DNA of 18,566 bases, from NCBI GenBank assembly GCA_043228905.1, contig JBHGNT010000641.1:1-18566 (forward strand), read 5' to 3'. Made by a program: the position numbers and the translations under genes. The notes under the pieces are model-generated. The model ran no database searches, had not been told where the DNA came from, and worked only from the letters and a program-made list of their open reading frames with translations. Below, in pieces: positions 9,425 through 18,566 of this stretch. The stretch comes from Azolla caroliniana. Its lineage: Eukaryota > Plantae > Polypodiophyta. Numbering within the stretch: the first letter of the stretch is position 1; each line of letters starts with the position of its first letter.

Positions 9425-12400
9425 CTACAAACATACCAAAATGGTTTTCAAATACCATAAGCATATAAATGGCATTGATAAAATAAGAAACAATATAATG
9501 CCAAGATTATTTGACTAAACTAGAATAGCATATAGATACCAACACCCCACAATCGGTAGAATACCCAAGTCAAAATTAGATTATGGAGCCCAAGTGATGT
9601 TTTCCCCATTCCACAACAATTGGATCATTAGCTACATGACATTCATATGCTACATTAATCATTAGCAACATAGCATTCACATGCTACGTTAATCATCATC
9701 CTAGCTACATTGCCAAGTAAACCCACCTCAATCATCAATGACATGTCATAGCACAATAGAGCACATAATTCCAAATATACTTAGAGAAAAGCAGGGAATT
9801 GTTCACATCCATATGCCAGTAAATTCACCCAAATCGTCAATCATAGATACCAGGAAAATAAGAGAATATGAATACTCACTTCCAATGGGTACTTCCGAAA
9901 TGCGGGTTCAAATCGACTCTTGCAATACATATGAAATGCAATTGTTAAGACCGGCAACAAAAGTAAAATTGGTGTAGAGTTTGTAGCTTCCTTTGTCGCT
10001 AATATGCCTATCATAGATATTTGTTGCACAATCAGGCATGCCATAATACGGGTGTGTAGATGTGGCCAAAAGGCACCTGCACTCTCGTAATTTTGCTCAT
10101 ATACATTTATAATCTGAAAAATATTGGGCGAAGACAACTTCAAAATATGATCTTATGGATCTTTCCATATACATTGCGTTAACATTTTAATAACCCAAAC
10201 CTTATAAATAGACAATTTGTTTTGACATTATATTAGCCCAAAGGTTCAACACTAATTTAACATTAATCTACAAGTAACGAATTTTAATAGCATCTCTATG
10301 ATCATCATAATTTCAAGTCAGAATTTGGGTAGAACGATAAATATCCACATTTTTATTTTTTAAAGATCAATTATATTTTTGACACCTCTCAATTCGGAAA
10401 TATTTGCTCCCTCAGAAAGCGTAGTAAAATAAAAATTCTAACCCGTGTTTGGAAGAGTCACAAGTGTCATTGTATCATCGGCCTCCATGGTCGAATCATC
10501 TGAGTAGGGCTGAAAGACGGTAGCTTACACCTCTGGCTAGACGCCAGCAGTACGAGCCCCAAGGAAGAGAGTAGGACAATAGCATATTCTCAGTGACATG
10601 GGCTTTGTAACAATAGGAATTGGTTCTTCAACAAACATGGATATTAACAGAGCCATATATTGCAAAAGATCTTCCGTGGTTTGATAAGTACAGACATTTC
10701 CTTTCTAAGGGTTGCTCTATATACAATAGAGCCCCTACTCTTTTTTGGATCAACTAGGATGAATGACTAGATTATTTACAACGTTTACTATCTTTCCATT
10801 CGCATCTATAGCATTACAAGGAATGAGTGGGCTCACCTCAGAATCAGAATCATTAGTAGTCCCTTGAATATCCTGTTCCCCTTGGTCAGAACCGAATTTA
10901 AAGAGTTTCCTACCACATATGGCTTGAACAACCCAAAAAGTATTTAGATTTTACGCAATAGATAATTCACTGAGAGTGGTCTCTCAGTGATGGCTCAGTC
11001 CCCTCTGGGAAGGAGCCCTCTCCGCCTTTTATCTAAGCTATGGAAGAAGAGGTTGAAGCCAATCCCAGGGAACAGTGACCCTGGACAATGAAGCCGATAA
11101 AATCCAAGTAGATTTATATGGGTACAGAAAAGATAGATTCTCTACCGAATATCTCCTGCCCATTCTGTGGGTCCCACAGGATCACTTAGTGGTACTGATG
11201 TATTATGAAAATTGATTAGAGTATTGACTGTGTCAAACTTTAATTTGATCTCTTTCCATACTTTGGACACAGCAGTTCCTGTGGGACTCCACTTGCTAGC
11301 CTCACATATAATCTTGTTACTTTCATGAGCAAGATTGCGAACTTCGTTACAGGCTTGCACACAAGCCTCCAAATCCTCTCTGGTAGCTACAGGGACGTTT
11401 CTCCAAAGATGGCCTAGGGTTCTTCCACCCAATTTTAATACATGAAAGTCCCCAAAAATCTCATTTACAGTGGGCATGTGCCATATCAGCTAATATTGTA
11501 TTATGATTAGCTGAAATCTTTGCAGGATTTCTTTTAAATAAATCTATACTATGTATTACAATTTGCTGGAAAAATTCTGGAAGGAAAATAACAATACTCT
11601 CGTGGTAATTAGAAAGGCTGATAAACTCAAGTTTCTTTGGGATAAATACTGACAAAATTCTGAAATTGCCTAGCCCATCCAAATTTTAGTTGAAATTAGA
11701 ATGGCCGATAAACTTGAGTTTCTTTTAGGATGTATCACAATTATCTAATATAAAGATATTTAAGTGAGAAACATAGGACAAACATTATTACCTGATTCCG
11801 GTAGACCAAATAAGCAAATGCAAAGTAGATAATAATAAATGGAAGAAGAATCGGAGCTATTTCGGCATACACAATGCCAAACAAGAAGTAAAGCTCTATT
11901 TTAGGAATTGATTGATTCAAACAAATACTGCCTGGGTCCATGGCTTTATCTCTATCCTTATCTGTTTTCACAAAGAAAGCATTCCATAGATGGAAGACAA
12001 TGAGGGGTCTTAACCGAAGTATTTCGGCTGCAATGCCCGCCCATCCATCAATCATTATATATGTCACAAAAAACAATGCCTTCTGTGCAACAGAATCGCC
12101 AATTAAATTGGGAATCCTGCATTTTTATTTAGATAGGATAAATCAGAATGGTGTTTCAATTTCTAATTTTTTGGAAAGTTCATAAACAAAATATATTTTC
12201 TACCATAAAATAAAATGTGTCATTGAGGAAAGTGTACATAAACTCAAAACAATGGAAATGTTAGGAAAGACGCACAAATTTTCAAGAAAAGAGAAGAGAA
12301 ACATATGAGGAAAATTATGATAGCTAACTAATGTGAAAGACCCTAAAACAAGGTCCCTTTTAAGATCATCAATTGCTGTTATCGTTGATAAAAATGCTTA

Positions 12401-15400
12401 TTCTATTCTAAAAAAGGAGTATTTTTCATTGCGAGGATTTGTAGTTTGAATCATATCATATCATTGCTTTTTTTATAGACAAGATATTAAATACTGGTCA
12501 TAAAGCAAATCAGGCCAATAAAAAAGTTCTCAGCCATTCCCCAATAGTGAATATTTGCTGATAAGAGGCTATCAAAATGATCCTAAAAAGCTTTCGTACT
12601 TTCTTATGGAAGAGAAATCAAGATATTAAATACTGGTCATAAAGCAAATCAGGCCAATAAAAAAGTTCTCAGCCATTCCCCAATAGTGAATATTTGCTGA
12701 TAAGAGGCTATCAAAATGATCCTAAAAAGCTTTCGTACTTTCTTATGGAAGAGAAATCAAGATATTAAATACTGGTCATAAAGCAAATCAGGCCAATAAA
12801 AAAGTTCTCAGCCATTCCCCAATAGTGAATATTTGCTGATAAGAGGCTATCAAAATGATCCTAAAAAGCTTTCGTACTTTCTTATGGAAGAGAAATCAAG
12901 ATATTAAATACTGGTCATAAAGCAAATCAGGCCAATAAAAAAGTTCTCAGCCATTCCCCAATAGTGAATATTTGCTGATAAGAGGCTATCAAAATGATCC
13001 TAAAAAGCTTTCGTACTTTCTTATGGAAGAGAAATCAATGACCTGAACTTGCTTCACAGAACTACACATGTTTCACACTGCCACAACTAGAGTATATATT
13101 CCAAAAGTTCATTTATCCAAGAATAATATGGGCATAAATGTACCTACCCATCAGACAAAAATATTAATATAAAAAACTATATTATATAGTAAAAACAGAT
13201 TTTTAAGATTTCCATACTCTGATGGTGGTTCATTGAGGAAATGGTGGAGCTGTTCAGATGCTGTTCCAGTAAAAATACTGCCAAAAAACACTGCAACAAC
13301 CAGAAAGATGAAGTACTTTGCTGCAGACCTTCTTTCCAATGATGACAGTGATGTATACCCCTCAATTTTAGCCATAAACATCAAAGCCATTGGGAGAACT
13401 AGAAGAAATATCTTCAATGCCAATCCAGGAAGAAAGCCTTGAAGAAAAGAGCTGATGAAACGCCTGAAAATAGAGTTGAGAGAAATTTTTCAAGATCAAA
13501 ATAAATAAACTATCCCAGCTGAAACCAAATTTAGGTTATATGTAGGCATAATTTGCAACTCAATGAAAAATAGCAATTTTATTTTATTACTCTTACAAAT
13601 TCAGCACTGGTTTCAAGATTGGAAATGTCTTTGACAACCCATTTAGGTTTGCCAAACTATTGACAAAACTGATGGGTATCATGAAGAACAATAGCAAGAA
13701 AAAGAAAACCATTGAAACAAGCAGCTTCCGGATAGTGATTTCCACAAAAGGGATGGCAAGGTTACGCCAATACACATCTCGTGGTTCAGGTGCCCATTCT
13801 GTTAACCAAACAGTAGGATTCTTTGTTTGTTGAGTTTGAGCAGCAACAGCAGCCCCCCATCTTCCTTTGAATGATACAAATGCAACCGGAAGCAATGCCT
13901 TCGGGTCATCTAAAATTCGAGCACGCTCTTTCTTTATCTGTTTGCAGACACATTTTAAAGCACTCAGCCATCTTGAAATAAGTAACGATGCTGTAGTTAC
14001 AGGTTATCACAGACAGGAGCAATATTATGAGTAACTTGCCTCTTCTGTGATTTTCTCAATTTCTTTTGTGTAGTGATTTATAGCATCTACTTTCTCTCCC
14101 CATAATCCAAGGAAACCTTTCTAAAAAACACAAAAAAAATGCGTTTAAAAAATGTTTTGATATTATTTCTACAATGATGATGTTACATTCAGCAAATATG
14201 AATGTTTTTTTTACCTTCAGAGTTGGAAGAGTTTCTGGATGTTTTAGATACTTTATCTGATAATAGTCCATCCAGTTTTGTAACTTTTCCTTCTTTTTTA
14301 CAAGCTTTGCAAGCTGATTGGCATTACAAACAATCTGCACGAGCAATAAAGAGAAGACTTTAAATTCACAACTATGCTGTAAAGAATATAAATTATGGCA
14401 AGAATGAGTGTTCTGATTACTGGTTCTAATATCACACTAAATAGTGAGAAAGGTCTAAATAATATCCTATTTATCCATTGATTCTTCTGTAAGAGAGTCC
14501 AGCTGGGTATTTAAGGGCGGGCTACTGATTCTTGAGACTATTACCAGACATCTAGAACTTTTCCAACATTATTGATTTAAATTAGAATTATCAATTTATA
14601 TACTTTCCAAGCCAAAAAACTTCATGGAATTAGCATAGTATCCAAAAACCATCATTTGTATTGGACAAGCAAAAACCAGAATAGTCCACAGCTTAAAATG
14701 ACATAGAAAATAGAAGTACACATGATTTTTAACATGCTATTCTATAAGAGAGCCCAGCTGCGTATTTATGGTTGCTTCTAGACTATTACCAGCACTCTTT
14801 ACCAGACATCTGGTTGGGGATCTAGTGAAATATTAATGATTTAAATTTAGAATTATAAAATGTATATATTTTTCATCCCAAAAAACTTTTATGAGATTAG
14901 TGTGGTATCCAAAAGCCATCATTTACATCAGACAACTAAAAAACAGAATAGACCACAGTTTAACATGAACTGGAAAATAGAAGTACACATGATTTTTAAG
15001 ATACTAAAAGTTCCAATTATTTTGATGTCACGGCCAACAGGTTATTAAAGAATATCCCTCAGAATAAACTATGACTTGCAATTTCAAGAAACAGATGACA
15101 CTGCTTTAGCTAATACCTAGAACTTCCAGCAGTGTTAGCCACTGGTTTATATCATATAATCATGCAAACATTTCATATACGCATTTTTTTAGAAGTTATG
15201 CTGCAATTTTATCATTTCAGTAATCCTTACGAAGTTGCATGTGGTCCTTCCCAAGAATACGCCTATCATTTTAAATAAATTGCACAAGTAGAGACCTGAT
15301 GTGATAAGTAGTAGTCTGGGTGGTTAACCCTGAAAAAATGCTCAACATGGAGGCTGATAGACACATCAGGATCTTCTGGGATATTCTTTACTAATACCTG

Positions 15401-17324
15401 CAAAATACACATGACTTGCATTGATCAGATCATTTTCTACAAGAATACGCATATATCAATGCATAGATCAAAATGTCAACATGATTGCATACCGTAAATT
15501 GGTCAACTCTTCGACGAGGTTCAGCATTAAACTGTAACCTCATCAACATCACCTTTTGATACTCTCTATATAGCACTCCACATATCCAGGCAGTAAATAC
15601 ATATGAGAGACATACATGTGTCCACAACCTTCGAAACATATCTAACAGTAAGAAATGGTTTATCGGAACATCAATGGTAAATGAATCTAAAGTTCAATGA
15701 AAACATTCAGAAAAACACCTGTTAGAATGATCTGTCACATTGCTGATAGATAGCTTGTCAATGTCATTGTAGAGCAATTTGTTTGGATTGTTGAGATTGT
15801 TGCTCGTTCCATTAACAGGAAAAAAGATAACAGCCCCAATTATAAATAATGGAGTAAATAATTTCAGCCTATAAAGGAGAACAGGATTGTCAATTTAGCT
15901 GAGGATGCAAGGATATGATCTCCTGTTCTTTTCATGTTGTAATTATATCACGAGAGGAATGCCACGATGATGTGAATAAGAATAGAAAGAAAAGAAAACA
16001 CACAAGTACTTATCCTAGAAAGTCATGGGAGTTAAGTTTCATCGTTAACAGCGTCACCTGCAATTTTCCAAGACACTAAATATTTTAACAATTACCCCCT
16101 ACTTTTGAAGCTAGAGATATAGCTATAACTTTATTGCAAATATAGTGTGCAGAATTGAATACAATTAAACTTTCACATTTATCCTCTGTTGTTACGAATT
16201 AGTGCAACATAAGAACAAGTCTATTAGAAGGGGTATTCTTTCTTGATTATGTGGGTATCTTGCACATATATCCTGTCAAGTGTATTTCGATGCTCATTCC
16301 TATGGTATAATGTATTTACTTTTATCAATGTTATCTTTTCAGAAGAAACTCAGGATTTATTTGATCATGTTCAATTTCTTCAGAGTTTCTCAAGGTACAC
16401 CCCACAAAATTCAAACATGTCAAAGACAATGTTTGCAATTGAAACATAACAAAGAAAAGAATCAGAATAGACTGAAAATTTCCAACATTCTCTTTCAGCT
16501 AGATTGTTTTTCCTAACTTTTTTCTCAACAGTTTCAACCATAATTTGATTATAATGTCAGAGTCTTAAAAGTGGGTAATGAAGACTTCATTGGCATTTTA
16601 ACATAATTCTTGAGCTTCTGTTTAGTGGCAGAATCGGTCTGGTTCTACCAACTTACTCAATGTTTCTATTCACCTTATGCTAATTGTCTTCCCTCAGGTT
16701 GAAACCTCTTTAGTTAAGTTATAAGTGGTGCCTTACTTTAGTTTGTTAAGTATATCCTTTTAAAGGGGAATCATAATATCATGTTCACTCCTTATGTAGG
16801 GGGAAAAGTGTCAAAGTCAATGACAATGTTGTAAAGACAATTTTTTAGGCACAGATAGTTATCGCACACAAGTTCTCTTTCAGTTACCTTATTCAGATAG
16901 ACTTGTTTCGTTTTTCTGTTCCAATGTTCTCCACAAATTTCAAGCATTGGTTCTACAATGGAAAAAGAAAACAGCCAGAATGGTATGTGCCTACTCACCC
17001 GAGGAGATAGATCCGTAGATAAATAACGGAGTCCAATCCAGCATGTTCAATAAGTTCTTGCTCTGGCATTTTGAGAGCTTCTTTGGTCCAATCCAAGAAA
17101 TGCAAATAAACTCTCCAATCCAAGTTCACCATAGACGAGATGGTCCTTCTTCTTCCTCTTCTTCGTACTTCTTCACCTTCTCTCACTCCCTTTATGTACC
17201 ATTTAGGGTAATATACCCTGTCATTTATGGGTTGCAGCTTTAGAATTGCAAAAGCCAACAAAAATATCAATGCTGAGCTTATGTTGATTGCTGCAGAAAC
17301 AGCTAGGTCTGATAGTGTAGTCAT
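9173..17324 (-). CDS. OSCA1: OSCA1/CSC1-like hyperosmolality-gated, mechanosensitive calcium-permeable cation channel (ERD4/TMEM63 family); 11 exons, 770 aa
   Basis: Exons in transcript order: 17324-16999, 15868-15719, 15628-15493, 15397-15296, 14334-14215, 14120-14040, 13937-13597, 13463-13218, 12116-11792, 10113-9880, 9424-9173; 2313 nt in frame. Hallmark motifs: [108 protein letters not shown]. Confidence 0.95.
9625..9697. repeat. ~33-bp tandem duplication in OSCA intron 10
   Basis: ATCATTAGC.ACAT..CATTCA.ATGCTAC.TTA occurs twice, followed by ATCAT. Confidence 0.8.
9880..10113 (-). CDS. OSCA1: OSCA exon 10
   Basis: TTTCAG|; [17 protein letters not shown]...[12 protein letters not shown]; donor GAA|GTGAGT. 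Confidence 0.9.
10380..11700 (-). pseudogene. Unassigned decayed coding-like insert in OSCA intron 9 (possible transposon or viral relic)
   Basis: Overlapping minus-strand ORFs 11682-11461 and 11477-11142, then a stop-interrupted frame to ~10370. GC is locally higher than the flanking intron, and several short perfect hairpins are present. No family recognised. Confidence 0.4.
11792..12116 (-). CDS. OSCA1: OSCA exon 9
   Basis: ATGCAG|G; IPNLIG...[14 protein letters not shown]...YLVYRNQ; donor CAG|GTAATA. Confidence 0.9.
12480..13038. repeat. Perfect tandem repeat, 4 x 139 bp, in OSCA intron 8
   Basis: Units start at 12480, 12619, 12758 and 12897 (CAAGATATTAAATACTGG...GGAAGAGAAAT). No differences seen between copies; the array ends with an extra CAA. 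Confidence 0.97.
13218..13463 (-). CDS. OSCA1: OSCA exon 8
   Basis: TTTCAG|G; [19 protein letters not shown]...[10 protein letters not shown]...; donor GA|GTATGG. Confidence 0.9.
13597..13937 (-). CDS. OSCA1: OSCA exon 7
   Basis: AAACAG|; [23 protein letters not shown]...[10 protein letters not shown]...; donor TT|GTAAGA. Confidence 0.9.
14040..14120 (-). CDS. OSCA1: OSCA exon 6
   Basis: TTTTAG|; [27 protein letters not shown]; non-canonical donor GAG|GCAAGT. Confidence 0.85.
14215..14334 (-). CDS. OSCA1: OSCA exon 5
   Basis: GTGCAG|; [26 protein letters not shown]...PTLK; donor AAG|GTAAAA. Confidence 0.9.
14485..15006. repeat. Diverged tandem duplication of about 255-265 bp in OSCA intron 4
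   Basis: Copy A ~14485-14739 and copy B ~14740-15006 share TAAGAGAG.CCAGCTG.GTATTTA, GACTATTACCAG, GTATCCAAAA.CCATCATTT and GAAAATAGAAGTACACATGATTTTTAA. Confidence 0.9.
15296..15397 (-). CDS. OSCA1: OSCA exon 4
   Basis: TTGCAG|; [11 protein letters not shown]...[17 protein letters not shown]; donor CAG|GTCTCT. Confidence 0.88.
15493..15628 (-). CDS. OSCA1: OSCA exon 3
   Basis: AAG acceptor; [14 protein letters not shown]...RVDQFT; donor ACG|GTATGC. Confidence 0.85.
15719..15868 (-). CDS. OSCA1: OSCA exon 2
   Basis: TATAG|G; LKLFTP...[16 protein letters not shown]; donor AG|GTGTTT. Confidence 0.9.
16999..17324 (-). CDS. OSCA1: OSCA exon 1
   Basis: [15 protein letters not shown]...LRIYLLG; donor GG|GTGAGT. 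Confidence 0.9.
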
Positions 17325-17949
17325 AACCACACAATAATGTAAAGAAAGAAACACAATCTTAGAAGAATAAGAAGAAACGAATCACCGTAGCCATCAAGAG
17401 TTTTTCAAGAAGAAGAAGGGAAAAGACAGAAAATTTAAAGATGCAGGAAACTAGAGACAGATTTCTAGACTAAACACAATACTTAAGGTGGACCCAAGTC
17501 AATAATTTGATCTAGGAGCATTATCAACAATCAACCCATCCCTTCGGATTAGCGGAAAAATATACGTGAAGGAATCTGGATGTTCTATTTCTGATGGAGC
17601 TTGCAAAATATGTTTTCTTCTATACCACCAAGGTGAACTTAGGTCAAGATATTTGATCAAGGAACACGATTAGCAGTCGCCCATCATCACTTGGATTAGA
17701 GAGGAAATATGTGAGAAAAGCTTGGCAAGTGAAGAACCATGATGCGCTGTTTCTGATGAAGAATGCTAATCATGTTTTCTTCAATGTAATCAAGGATGCT
17801 AATGAAGATATATGTATGTATGTATATATATATCCACGCATGCTTTTTTGGGTTCAGAACAAAAAATATAACACACTATGTACATACTTAAGTACATGGC
17901 TCTATTTTTAGTTAAAATATTTATTTTGTGTCTTCTTTTCCTGCTCTTT

Positions 17950-18031
17950 TATTTATTCATATTATTAGCCTTCTTCTTCTTCTTGAACCTGTTGTATTTA
18001 TTCATAGTATTAGCCTTCTTCTGGAACCTGT
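17950..18031. repeat. ~45-bp tandem duplication upstream of OSCA
   Basis: TATTTATTCATA.TATTAGCCTTCTTCT...GAACCTGT occurs twice. Confidence 0.8.
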
Positions 18032-18566
18032 GAATTGTGAGAAATACATTACATATGTGTACATATCCTAGGCTTTCTTACTTTCTTTCCTTTGTTGGGT
18101 TGCCCTACATGTGGTGTTGTGTTTGTATGTGTCTCTTGTATTTGGATTTGTTTGTGTATGTGCATGTGCATGTGTGATGTGTGACTTGTAATCTTTTTCT
18201 TTGAGGTAGTTGATAGGTGGGTACACTCTTGTTTTCGCGTCATTCTTTCGCATCATCCATTTGTCACCACGCTTTCCTCAATTGACACGATTGCTTTTAA
18301 TGACATCATGATTTCCTTGACACCTCCTATGTTTCGGCATATGTTCCTCCTACCGATTTTTCCCCCCCGAAAGCTTTGCTTGGTTCTCTAATGTCCTCGC
18401 GTGATCCTGTTGCTACTTTTGTTCTTGTGAAAGACTTGTTATGTCCTCTATGGTTGTTTCGCTTTGATTTTAGTGAAAGCAACAACAACGTTATATTAAT
18501 GAGCATTCAGATCATTTCTCTTCATGGAGGCTCGTTGGCCATTTCCTAGAATTGAACTCCCAATTT

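Noticed and set aside
11118-11189. Plus-strand mini-ORF with a CPFCGSH zinc-ribbon-like motif ([23 protein letters not shown])
   Set aside because: Only 23 aa, flanked by stops, and the spacing does not fit CX2CX4HX4C. It overlaps a palindrome. Worth including in six-frame searches of the insert but not supportable alone.
12480-13038. CRISPR-like array
   Set aside because: Units are contiguous and identical with no unique spacers; the context is a eukaryotic intron with no cas genes.
15878-15929. 9-bp inverted repeat (AGAACAGGA/TCCTGTTCT) covering the pyrimidine tract before OSCA exon 2
   Set aside because: A 9-bp stem with a 34-nt loop is expected by chance in 18 kb.
1144-17324. Functional cluster of PPR, fibrillin and OSCA
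   Set aside because: These are unrelated, common plant families; adjacency alone gives no evidence of a shared pathway.
955-18256. Remaining short ORFs in the six-frame track (for example 955-1206, 4181-4405, 5900-6133, 8097-8481, 16243-16516, 18049-18256)
   Set aside because: They are antisense shadows of real exons or products of repeats and low-complexity DNA, with no recognisable domains.

Overview
AT-rich, gene-dense land-plant nuclear DNA; the PPR motif style suggests a seed-free vascular plant (fern or lycophyte), which is inference only. Three protein-coding genes were reconstructed by hand. (1) An intronless PLS-class PPR gene (+, 1144-3531) ends in E1 plus a truncated E2, with no E+/DYW domain. 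(2) A 6-exon plastid fibrillin FBN3/PAP4-like gene (+, 4317-7889, 279 aa). (3) An 11-exon OSCA1/CSC1 (ERD4 family) mechanosensitive cation channel gene (-, 17324-9173, 770 aa), convergent with the fibrillin gene and containing one GC-AG intron. Introns and intergenic DNA carry many local tandem duplications of different ages, including four identical 139-bp copies in OSCA intron 8. The least explained element is a ~1.3-kb, GC-elevated, hairpin-rich segment in OSCA intron 9 with frameshifted, stop-riddled ORF remnants that I cannot assign (decayed transposon or endogenous viral element candidate). I found no convincing novel multi-gene system.
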